Shown here: in pieces, positions 9,629 through 17,728 of the stretch
How positions within the stretch are numbered: the stretch's first letter is position 1
Layout of the letters: each line of letters begins with the position of its first letter
Assembly: GCF_051954455.1 (NCBI RefSeq)
Contig: NZ_JBQCHS010000024.1
Coordinates: forward strand, 44,122 to 108,121
Direction: 5' to 3'
Source of the DNA: Pseudolysinimonas sp.
GTDB lineage: Bacteria; Actinomycetota; Actinomycetes; Actinomycetales; Microbacteriaceae
Length of the DNA stretch: 64,000 bases
The notes under the pieces: generated by a model
Seen by the model: the letters and a program-made list of their open reading frames with translations, nothing else
The model's database searches: none
What the model was told of the DNA's origin: nothing
Translations under genes and position numbers: made by a program

Positions 9629-10969
9629 ATGAGCACTTCACCCGACGAGCGGGCGGCGGGCTTCACCACCCGTCAGCTGCGCGCCGGCGACGCCGACGGG
9701 TCGCGCATCGCCCCCCGCGCCCTCCCCATCTACCTCACCGCGGGTTTCGAGCTCGCCGACTTCGACGCGGCGGCCGAACAGTTCCACGGCGGCGACGGCT
9801 ACTCGTACACCCGGGTCGCCAACCCGACGACCGATGCGCTCGAGCGTCGGATCGCCGACCTCGAGAGCGGCGCCGAGGCGCTCGTCGTCGGCAGCGGCCA
9901 GGCGGCGACGTCGATCGCGCTCCTCGGGCTGCTGCGCGCGGGCGACCACATCGTCTCGGCGGCGAGCATCTACGAGGGCACCCGCGGGCTCCTCCTCGAC
10001 AACCTCGCCCGGCTCGGCATCACGGTCGACTTCGTCGCCGACGCGGCGGACCTCGGGGCGTGGGAGCGGGCGATCCGGCCCGAGACGCGGGTGCTGTTCG
10101 GGGAGTCGATCCCGAATCCCACGAACGACCTGTTCGACATCGCCGCGGTCGCCGACCTCGCCCACGCCCACGGCATCCCGCTCGTCATCGACAGCACCCT
10201 CGCGAGCCCGTACCTCCTGCGCCCCATCGAGCACGGCGCCGACATCGTGGTGCACTCCGCGAGCAAGTTCCTCGCGGGTCACGGGGCCGTGCTCGGCGGC
10301 GTCGTCGTCGACAACGGCCGCTTCGACGCGGCCCGGTCGGGGGAGCTGTTCCCGCACCTCGTCGCGCGCGACCGGCTCGGCGGCCCGAGCCCGTGGGAGC
10401 GCGCCGGCGGCCGCGCCCGCATCGCCTACCTCCGCGACGTGGTCGCCCTGCGCTTCGGCCCGACGGCGTCGCCGCTCAACGCGTTCCTGATCAACCAGGG
10501 GATCGAGACGCTGTCGCTGCGGGTCGAGCGGCAATCGGCGAACGCTCTGGTTGTCGCGCGGTGGCTCGAGGAACGGCCCGAGGTCGCCTCCGTCGCGTAC
10601 GCCGGCCTGCCGTCGAGCCCGCACCACGCGCTCGCGACGCGCTACCTGCCGAACGGCTTCGGCTCGGTGTTCGCGTTCACGCTGCACGGGGGGCTCGCGG
10701 CGGCGCGCGCGTTCGTCGACGCGCTCGAGGTCTTCACCCACATGACGCACCTCGGCGACGTGCGCTCGCTCGTGCTCCACCCGGCGTCGACGAGCCACAC
10801 CCTCCGGAGCGCCGAGGAGCAGGCGGCGGCCGGCATCCTGCCCGGCACGCTGCGGGTCTCGATCGGCATCGAGGACGCGCCCGACCTGCTCGCCGACCTC
10901 GAGCGCGGCCTCACCGCCGCGCGCGCCGCGGCGCCCGCCGGTCGGACGGCCCACGAGGTGGCCGCATGA
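9629..10969 (+). CDS. metY: O-acetylhomoserine/O-acetylserine sulfhydrylase (PLP-dependent, Cys/Met metabolism family)
   Basis: The internal ATG at 9629 gives FTTRQLRAG...YSYTRVANPTTDALERRIADLE...VVHSASKFLAGHG (PLP lysine in SASK). Confidence 0.85.
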   Translation: MSTSPDERAAGFTTRQLRAGDADGSRIAPRALPIYLTAGFELADFDAAAEQFHGGDGYSYTRVANPTTDALERRIADLESGAEALVVGSGQAATSIALLGLLRAGDHIVSAASIYEGTRGLLLDNLARLGITVDFVADAADLGAWERAIRPETRVLFGESIPNPTNDLFDIAAVADLAHAHGIPLVIDSTLASPYLLRPIEHGADIVVHSASKFLAGHGAVLGGVVVDNGRFDAARSGELFPHLVARDRLGGPSPWERAGGRARIAYLRDVVALRFGPTASPLNAFLINQGIETLSLRVERQSANALVVARWLEERPEVASVAYAGLPSSPHHALATRYLPNGFGSVFAFTLHGGLAAARAFVDALEVFTHMTHLGDVRSLVLHPASTSHTLRSAEEQAAAGILPGTLRVSIGIEDAPDLLADLERGLTAARAAAPAGRTAHEVAA

Positions 10970-12282
10970 GCCGGATGCAGCACCTCGGCTGGTTCCTCGC
11001 GCGCGGCTTCGGCCCGCAGGGCTGGGGCCACCCCTCCCTCGACTGGGACTGGGACTGGACGCGCCCCGACCTGTACCAGCAGTCCGCCCGCGAGCTCGAG
11101 CAGGCGGGCGTCGACCTGCTCATCATCGAGGACGCGCCCTCGCTCGGGAACGCCGCGACGATCGACACCCGCATCCGCCAGGCGTTCGGCGGACCGAAGT
11201 TCGACCCGCTGCTGCTCGCGCCCTACCTGTTCGCGGCGACCCGGCACCTCGGCGTCGCGCCGACGGTCAACCCGGCCGCGTACCTGCCGTACACGGCCGC
11301 GCGCCAGTTCGCCTCGCTCCAGCACCTGAGCGGCCACCGGCTCGGCCTCAACGTCGTCACCGACACCGGGAGCGCGCGGCACTTCGGCACGGAGCCGCCG
11401 CTCGCGCACGATGCGGCCTACGACCGCGCGGAGGAGTGGCTCGACGGCGTGAAGCGGCTGTGGCGCTCGTGGGGCGAGGGGGCGCTCGTCGCCGACTCCT
11501 CGATCCCGCTCTACGCCGACGGCTCGAAGCTCGACCCGGTGCGGCACCGCGGTGAGTACTTCGGGTTCGACGGGCCGCTCAACGCGATCCCGTTCACCGA
11601 CGGCGAGCCCGCAATCGTCTCGCCCGGCGGATCCGGGCGCGGCCTGGCCTTCGCGGGCGCGAACTCCGACGTGCAGCTCGCGCTCGCGCCGCTCGACGTC
11701 GAGTCCGTCCGTGCCTACCGGGCGAGGATCCACGCCGCGGCCGTCGAGCGCGGCCGGCAGCCGTCGGACATCACGATCCTGTTCGCGATCCAGCCGGTGC
11801 TCGTGTCGAGCACCGAGGAGGCCGACCGGCTCGTCGCCGCCTCGGCGCACCCTGACGACGCCGGGATCCGGCTCATCGCCGAGCGTCAGTCGAGCGACCT
11901 CGAGACCGACCTGACCGCGCTCGACCCCGACCGGCCCCTCGACCTCGCGATCTTCGGCGACCACGTCTCGCGCGGCAGCATCAACCGGCTGGTCGGCGGG
12001 GCCGACCCGTCGACGCCCCTGCGCGAGCTGCTCGCGCGCCAGGCCCGTCTCGGCCGGCTCTCCGACCGCTCCGGGTTCGTCGGCACCGCCGACGAGCTCG
12101 CCGACCTCTTCGAGGAGCTCGGCGACGACGCCGACAACGACGGCTTCCTGCTCTGGGGCGACATCCATCCCGTGACCGTGCACCGCATGCTCGACGAGCT
12201 CGCCCCGATCCTGCGGCGGCGCGGGATCCTGCGCCGCGAGTTCGGCGACGGCGGGCTCCTGCAGAACCTGCGGGACTTCTGA
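10966..12282 (+). CDS. LLM-class flavin-dependent monooxygenase (NtaA/SnaA/DszA subfamily)
   Basis: ATGA overlap with the metY stop. MQHLGWFLARGFGPQGWGHP...DLLIIEDAP...LNVVTDTG...YDRAEEWLDGVKRLW is typical of NtaA/DszA-type enzymes. Confidence 0.85.
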   Translation: MSRMQHLGWFLARGFGPQGWGHPSLDWDWDWTRPDLYQQSARELEQAGVDLLIIEDAPSLGNAATIDTRIRQAFGGPKFDPLLLAPYLFAATRHLGVAPTVNPAAYLPYTAARQFASLQHLSGHRLGLNVVTDTGSARHFGTEPPLAHDAAYDRAEEWLDGVKRLWRSWGEGALVADSSIPLYADGSKLDPVRHRGEYFGFDGPLNAIPFTDGEPAIVSPGGSGRGLAFAGANSDVQLALAPLDVESVRAYRARIHAAAVERGRQPSDITILFAIQPVLVSSTEEADRLVAASAHPDDAGIRLIAERQSSDLETDLTALDPDRPLDLAIFGDHVSRGSINRLVGGADPSTPLRELLARQARLGRLSDRSGFVGTADELADLFEELGDDADNDGFLLWGDIHPVTVHRMLDELAPILRRRGILRREFGDGGLLQNLRDF

Positions 12283-12803
12283 CGGCCACCGTCGTCGGCA
12301 TCTCGGGCACGCTGCACGCACCGTCGAAGACCGATCGGGTGCTCGACGCGATCCTCGCGGCCGTCGCGGACCGCACCGGCGCGACCACCGCCACGGTCTC
12401 GGTGCTGGACCACGGGCACGCGATCGTCGACGCGCTCGCGGCCCCGCCGGCTCCCGCGCTCGCCGCCGCTGACGAGCAGGTGCTCGCCGCCGACGCCCTC
12501 GTCGTCGCGACCCCCGTCTACAAGGGGTCGTACACCGGGCTGCTGAAGGCCTTCGTCGACCCGCTCGCGCCGGCCTCGCTCGCGGACGTGCCCGTGCTCC
12601 TCGCCGCGATCGCCGGCGACGACCAGCACGCGCTCGTCATCGACCACGAGCTGCGGCCGCTGTTCGGCTTCTTCGGGGCCGCGGTGCTGCCGCGGGGCGT
12701 CTATGCGCGGGGCGTCGATCTCGCCGACCCGGAGGCGCTCTCGCCCGCGCTCGCGGAGCGGATCGACGCGGCGGCCGAGCGGCTGGCGGCGGCGCTCCTC
12801 TGA
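12279..12803 (+). CDS. NADPH-dependent FMN reductase (SsuE/MsuE-like). The 5' end is uncertain because the first canonical start is the GTG at 12339
   Basis: The in-frame sequence upstream of 12339 reads TATVVGISGTLHAPSKTDRV, the beta1/phosphate-loop N-terminus of this fold, and later there is DALVVATPVYKGSYTGLLK. There is no ATG/GTG/TTG between the in-frame stop and 12339. A CTG at 12279 overlaps the upstream TGA. Confidence 0.65.
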   Translation: MTATVVGISGTLHAPSKTDRVLDAILAAVADRTGATTATVSVLDHGHAIVDALAAPPAPALAAADEQVLAADALVVATPVYKGSYTGLLKAFVDPLAPASLADVPVLLAAIAGDDQHALVIDHELRPLFGFFGAAVLPRGVYARGVDLADPEALSPALAERIDAAAERLAAALL

Positions 12804-12813
12804 CGCCGAAGGG

Positions 12814-13167
12814 TCAAGCGGACGGGGGAGTGCGCGGAGCCCGCGGGGCGCGCGCACGCGGCGCCCGAGCCTGCTTCGGCGCGGGCGCGCTCTCCGGCCG
12901 GTCGATGACCGCCGGAGCCGGAGCCGGAGCTGGAGCCTTCGGGGCCAGCGGCACCGACGCCGCCTCCCGCTGCGCGGCGATGTAGAGCTCCGCGGCCTTC
13001 GTCGCCGTCAGGAGGTAGCGCACGAGGATGACGAGGAACGCGATGATCCCCGCGAGGACGACGAGCGCGACGACCACGGCCACGATCGCCGCCCCGACGC
13101 CGTAGGTCGCGCGGAGCAGCTCGCCGAGCGGGCCGTGCGGTCCGGGGCCCGGCCACGGGCCGTGCAT
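12814..13167 (-). CDS. Small single-pass membrane protein with a Pro/Ala-rich tail
   Basis: The ATG at 13167 overlaps the upstream stop by 1 nt (TGATG). It has a TM helix (AAIVAVVVALVVLAGIIAFLVILV) and high GC3. Confidence 0.5.
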   Translation of the reverse strand: MHGPWPGPGPHGPLGELLRATYGVGAAIVAVVVALVVLAGIIAFLVILVRYLLTATKAAELYIAAQREAASVPLAPKAPAPAPAPAVIDRPESAPAPKQARAPRARAPRAPRTPPSA

Positions 13168-13370
13168 CAGTAGCGCTCCTCGAGCTCCCGCAGCTCGGCC
13201 TGGCGCGACTTCTCGAGCACGTCGCCCACCGCGATCGCGATCCCGATGCCGAGGCTGGCCCACATGAGGACGAGCCGCCAGTCGCGCGGGCCCTCCTTCG
13301 ACGCCCGGGCGAGCCCGATCGCCGGGAAGATCGCGGACCAGATGCCGGGGCTCAGCAGGAACTTGCGCAC
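13167..13370 (-). CDS. Small membrane protein
   Basis: 67 aa, GTG start, two hydrophobic segments, high GC3, translationally coupled to the next ORF. Confidence 0.5.
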   Translation of the reverse strand: MRKFLLSPGIWSAIFPAIGLARASKEGPRDWRLVLMWASLGIGIAIAVGDVLEKSRQAELRELEERY

Positions 13371-13436
13371 GGCTCCACGGTAGCGACGCCCGTCGGAGGC
13401 CGCATCCGTCGCCAGCCGACCCTCAGGTCGATCGCG

Positions 13437-14336
13437 TCACGCGGTGCGCTTGGCCTGGCGCTTGGCCGCCTTGCGCTCCGCGCGCGCCTTCAGCATGTGC
13501 GAGGGGCCGACGCCGAGCGGATCGCGCTCCGCGTGCTCCTGCCCGACGTACTTCTTCGCGTACGCGACCGTCTCGATCAGCACGTCGAGCTTCGGCTGCT
13601 GCTCCTTCTCCTTGCGCGTGATCACCTCGGCGACCACGTTGCCGCTCCAGTGGTTCTCGGCGAGCCAGGTGAGCGTCTCGGCGACGGGCTGGGTGCCGTG
13701 CCCCGGGGGCAGGTGCTCGTCGAGGATCTGCCCCTCGTCGGCCGACCTGCGCCCGTCGCAGAGGTGGATGTGCTTGAGCCGGTCGCCCATCGCCTGCGCC
13801 ATCTGCAGCGAGTCGCGACCCGCGAGCGAGGCGTGGGAGAAGTCGAGCGTCATCGCGTCGACGTCCATCTCGAGCGGATCCGAGCTCGGCTTGTAGGCCT
13901 TGATGCCCCGCCCGCCGACCTTCCACGGGAACATGTTCTCCACGCAGATGTCGACGCCGCTGGACTGCGCCGTCTCGCGCACGACCTTCTCGAAGCGGTC
14001 GGCGTACTCGCCCTGCCAGCGGAACGGCGGGTGGACGACGACCGAGCCGGCGCCGAGGCGAGCGGCGTGCTCCGCCGACTTCTCGAGCTTGATCCGCGGG
14101 TCGCGGCCATAGACGAACGTCGTCAGCAGCAGCACCGGCGCGTGCACCGAGAGGATCGGCATGGTGTACCGCTCGCTCAGGCGGAGCAGGGCGTCGGCGT
14201 CCTGCGTGGTCGGGTCGTTCGTGATCATGACCTCGACGCCGTCGTACCCGGCGAGACGTGCGAGGCGGAAGGCCTGCTCCATCCCCAGCGGATAGACGCA
14301 GGAGGTGCTCATCCCGATCGAAATCATCAGACCCAC
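13437..14336 (-). CDS. Sugar phosphate isomerase/epimerase (xylose-isomerase-like TIM barrel)
   Basis: GYDGVEVM...SVHAP...GAGSVVVHPP...ICVENM...LKHIHLCDG is the motif succession typical of AP-endonuclease-2/xylose-isomerase-like TIM barrels. The exact start is uncertain (14336, 14327 or 14312). Confidence 0.8.
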   Translation of the reverse strand: MGLMISIGMSTSCVYPLGMEQAFRLARLAGYDGVEVMITNDPTTQDADALLRLSERYTMPILSVHAPVLLLTTFVYGRDPRIKLEKSAEHAARLGAGSVVVHPPFRWQGEYADRFEKVVRETAQSSGVDICVENMFPWKVGGRGIKAYKPSSDPLEMDVDAMTLDFSHASLAGRDSLQMAQAMGDRLKHIHLCDGRRSADEGQILDEHLPPGHGTQPVAETLTWLAENHWSGNVVAEVITRKEKEQQPKLDVLIETVAYAKKYVGQEHAERDPLGVGPSHMLKARAERKAAKRQAKRTA

Positions 14337-14422
14337 AACCTAACCGAGCGACGTGACGGGGGCGTGACACGCACAGGAACTGCGTGGACCGCTCGAGGGA
14401 TTCGGTGCGGGGGCAGGATCGG

Positions 14423-15190
14423 ATGGTGACGGTCTTCCGCAAGCAGCGCGCCGACGCGCCCCCGGGCTTCTTCGCGGCGGAGGCGGCCGGGCTGCGCTGG
14501 CTGGCCGAGGCCGAGTCGGTCGGCGGGGCCGCCGTCGTCGCGGTGCGCGGCGTGGGGGAGGGCTGGATCGAGCTCGACCGTCTCGCGTCGGCGCGCCCGA
14601 CGGCGGAGGCGGCGCGCGTCTTCGGGGCGGCGCTCGCGCGCACCCACGCGGCTGGTGCCGCGGCGTTCGGCGCCGCCCCCGGCGACGGTCCGTGGTTCAT
14701 CGGCCGGCAGGAGCTGCCGTGCGATCCGAGCGCGACCTGGGGCGCGTTCTACGCGGCGCAGCGGGTGCTGCCGTTTGCGCGCCGCGCGCACGAGCGGCGC
14801 CACCTCGATGCCCGCGGCCTGGCCGTCGTCGAGGAGGCGTGCGCGCGGATCGCGTCGGGCGCGCTCGACGACGACGAGCCGCCCGCGCGCCTGCACGGCG
14901 ATCTCTGGAACGGCAACGTCGCGTGGACGCCCGCGGGGGCCGTGCTCATCGACCCCGCGGCGCACGGCGGTCATCGCGAGACCGACCTGGCGATGCTCGC
15001 CCTGTTCGGCCTCCCGTTCCTCGACGTCGTGCTCGACGGCTACGACGCGGCGGCGCCGCTGCGGCCGGGCTGGCGGGATCGCGTGCCGATGCACCAGCTC
15101 CACCCGCTCGCCGTGCACGCCGCGTCGCACGGCGCGGCCTACGCGGAGCCGCTCGCCGCCGCTGCTGAGAGCACGCTCGGACTCGGCTGA
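14423..15190 (+). CDS. Fructosamine/ketosamine kinase family protein
   Basis: FFAAEAAGLRWL...LHGDLWNGNV...LIDPAAHGGHRETDLAML is the fructosamine-kinase catalytic signature. Confidence 0.8.
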   Translation: MVTVFRKQRADAPPGFFAAEAAGLRWLAEAESVGGAAVVAVRGVGEGWIELDRLASARPTAEAARVFGAALARTHAAGAAAFGAAPGDGPWFIGRQELPCDPSATWGAFYAAQRVLPFARRAHERRHLDARGLAVVEEACARIASGALDDDEPPARLHGDLWNGNVAWTPAGAVLIDPAAHGGHRETDLAMLALFGLPFLDVVLDGYDAAAPLRPGWRDRVPMHQLHPLAVHAASHGAAYAEPLAAAAESTLGLG

Positions 15191-15203
15191 TAGCGTCGGG
15201 ACC

Positions 15204-16676
15204 ATGGACGACGAGACGTACCCCTTCGTCGTCGTCAGCAACCGCCTCCCGGTCGATCGTGTCGTCGACGAGGACGGCACGGAGCACTGGCGCCAGTCGC
15301 CCGGCGGCCTGGTCACCGCCCTCGAGCCCATCATGCGCGAGGCCGACGGAGCCTGGGTCGGCTGGGTCGGCGCCCCCGATCTCGAGCACGAGCCCTTCGA
15401 TCACGACGGCATCCGCATCGTGCCGGTCGCGCTCAGCGAGGACGACATCCAGCGCTACTACGAGGGCTTCAGCAACGACACCCTCTGGCCGCTGTACCAC
15501 GACGTGATCGCGCCGCCGAGCTACCACCGGATCTGGTGGGACAGTTACGTCAGCGTCAACCAGCGCTTCGCCAACGCGGTCGCGGCGGTCACCTCCGAGA
15601 ACGGCACCGTCTGGGTGCAGGACTACCAGCTGCAGCTCGTGCCGCGGATGCTGCGCCAGCTCCGCCCGGACCTGACCATCGGGTTCTTCAATCACATCCC
15701 GTTCCCGGCCTACGGCATCTTCAGCCAGCTGCCCTGGCGCACGCAGATCGTCGAGGGCCTCCTCGGCGCCGACGTCATCGGCTTCCAGCGCTCCGCCGAC
15801 GCGGGCAACTTCTCCCGGGCGGTACGGCGCCTCGTCGGCTACCCGGCGAAGAGCCCCGTCATCGACGTGCCCGCACGCGGCGACAGTCCGGCGCGCAGGG
15901 TGGTCGCGCGGGCCTTCCCGATCTCCATCGACGCGGCGGGATTCGAGGAGCTGGCGCACCGCCCCGAGGTCGAGGCGCGCGCCGCGCAGATCCGCCACGA
16001 TCTCGGCGACCCGAAGCGGATCCTGCTCGGCGTCGACCGGCTCGACTACACCAAGGGCATCGGCCACCGGCTGAAGGCCTACCACGAGCTCCTGCAGGAC
16101 GGCCGCGTCGACGTCGAGGACGTCGTGCTCGTCCAGGTCGCGAGCCCGAGCCGCGAGCGCGTCGACACCTACCGTCAGCTGCGCGACGAGGTCGAGCTGA
16201 CCGTCGGCCGCATCAACGGCGACTTCGGCGGGATCGGCCGCGAGGCCGTCAGCTATCAGCACCACGGTTTCCCGCGCGAGGAGATGGCGGCGCTCTACCT
16301 CGCGGCCGACGTCATGCTCGTCACGGCCCTCCGCGACGGCATGAACCTCGTCGCGAAGGAGTACGTGGCGGCGCGGTTCGACGAGGACGGCGTGCTCGTG
16401 CTCTCCGAGTTCACCGGGGCCTCCGACGAGCTGCGGCAGGCGGTGCTCATCAACCCGCACGACATCGACGGGATGAAGGACGCGATCGTCCGGGCGATCG
16501 AGATGCCTCGGCCCGAGCGGCGCCGGCGGATGCGGGCGCTGCGCAAGCGCGTGCGCGACAACGACGTGGCGCACTGGTCGCGGGAGTTCCTGCGCACGCT
16601 GGCCGAGCACTCCCGCGGCGGGTCCGACCCGCTCGGCGAGCTCGAGTGGACCGTCGACCGGGCCCCGCGGAGCTGA
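15204..16676 (+). CDS. otsA: Alpha,alpha-trehalose-phosphate synthase
   Basis: FVVVSNRLP...SPGGLVTAL...WVQDYQLQLVPRMLR...GFFNHIPFP...GVDRLDYTKG...LVTALRDGMNLVAKEY. Confidence 0.93.
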   Translation: MDDETYPFVVVSNRLPVDRVVDEDGTEHWRQSPGGLVTALEPIMREADGAWVGWVGAPDLEHEPFDHDGIRIVPVALSEDDIQRYYEGFSNDTLWPLYHDVIAPPSYHRIWWDSYVSVNQRFANAVAAVTSENGTVWVQDYQLQLVPRMLRQLRPDLTIGFFNHIPFPAYGIFSQLPWRTQIVEGLLGADVIGFQRSADAGNFSRAVRRLVGYPAKSPVIDVPARGDSPARRVVARAFPISIDAAGFEELAHRPEVEARAAQIRHDLGDPKRILLGVDRLDYTKGIGHRLKAYHELLQDGRVDVEDVVLVQVASPSRERVDTYRQLRDEVELTVGRINGDFGGIGREAVSYQHHGFPREEMAALYLAADVMLVTALRDGMNLVAKEYVAARFDEDGVLVLSEFTGASDELRQAVLINPHDIDGMKDAIVRAIEMPRPERRRRMRALRKRVRDNDVAHWSREFLRTLAEHSRGGSDPLGELEWTVDRAPRS

Positions 16677-16677
16677 C

Positions 16678-17451
16678 GTGGACGAACCGCTGGATCCCGG
16701 GCTCGTCGACGCCCTCCGCGCCTTCGCCGGGCCGGGCCGGGTGCTCGTCGCCCTCGACTTCGACGGGACCCTCGCCCCGATCGCCGACCATCCGGGCGGG
16801 GCGCGGACGCTGCCCGCCGCGCACGACGCGATCGAGCGGCTGCTCGCGGCGCCCGAGACCGAGGTCGCCTACGTCAGCGGCCGCTCGCTCGCGAGCCTCG
16901 TCGACGCCGCCCGGCCGCCGGCGGGGTCGCTGCTGGTCGGGTCGCACGGGATCGAGGTGCGCCTCGACGACGGGGCGGAGCCGCTCGCCCTGCACGACGA
17001 CGAGCGCGCCCGGGTGCGGGAGCTCCACGACCTGCTCGAGCAGGTCGCCACCCGTCACGAGGGCGTCTGGGTCGAGGACAAGCCGGCCGGATCCGCGCTC
17101 CACACCCGGCAGGCCGACGACGACGTCGCGGAGACGGCCGAGCGGGAGGCGCTGGCGGAGACCGAGGCGCGGCTGCCCGGCCTCACCTCGCGGGGCGGCA
17201 AGAGGATCCTCGAGTTCTCCGTCCGCGACGCGACGAAAGGGGACGGGCTCGACCTGCTGCGCGCGCATGTCGGCGCCGACCGTGTGCTCTACGCGGGCGA
17301 CGACCTCACCGACGAGGACGCGTTCGCGGTGCTGCGCGACGGCGACGTCGGGATCAGGAGCGGGCCCGGGGAGACGCGCGCCGCGTTCCGCGTCGCCGGT
17401 CCCGAGGAGATGGCGGCCGCGCTCGCGCTTCTCGCCGACGCCCGCGCCTGA
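16678..17451 (+). CDS. otsB: Trehalose-phosphate phosphatase
   Basis: It starts 2 nt after the otsA stop. HAD motifs are present: LDFDGTLAPI, SGRS, KGDGL and GDDLTDEDAF. Confidence 0.88.
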   Translation: MDEPLDPGLVDALRAFAGPGRVLVALDFDGTLAPIADHPGGARTLPAAHDAIERLLAAPETEVAYVSGRSLASLVDAARPPAGSLLVGSHGIEVRLDDGAEPLALHDDERARVRELHDLLEQVATRHEGVWVEDKPAGSALHTRQADDDVAETAEREALAETEARLPGLTSRGGKRILEFSVRDATKGDGLDLLRAHVGADRVLYAGDDLTDEDAFAVLRDGDVGIRSGPGETRAAFRVAGPEEMAAALALLADARA

Positions 17452-17600
17452 GGGACTGCCGCCGCGCGCCCCAGCCGAGCATGCCACGCCGCTGGGCCGA
17501 GTACGCCTGCGCATCCGCGAGCCCTCAGCGACGAAGGTTCAGGGGAGGCCCGCCGAGTCGCGGTCCGGCGCGAGCGGTGTGCGGCGCGTCTCCTGAAGTT

Positions 17601-17663
17601 TCGACGGGGGGCGGAGCCGAGGGGGCGCATCGACCGGGGGCGGAGGGGAGGGGCGCTTCGACG
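17601..17663 (+). repeat. Imperfect tandem repeat (29 + 28 nt) rich in G-tracts, in the ilvD 5' leader
   Basis: tcgacggggggcggagccgagggggcgca / tcgaccgggggcggaggggaggggcgct / tcgacg. There are five runs of at least 4 G between 17606 and 17653. Confidence 0.7.
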
Positions 17664-17728
17664 TGGCGGAATCCGGTCGCCGCTCCCGCGCGTCGGTGGC
17701 GCCCGCGCGGCGGCGCTACCCTCGTCAC

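Noticed and set aside
17452-17728. Ile/Val/Leu-rich leader peptide attenuator or T-box upstream of ilvD/ilvB
   Set aside because: No short ORF with branched-chain codon runs was found, and there is no specifier-loop or T-box sequence. Only the G-tract repeat stands out, and it is reported separately.
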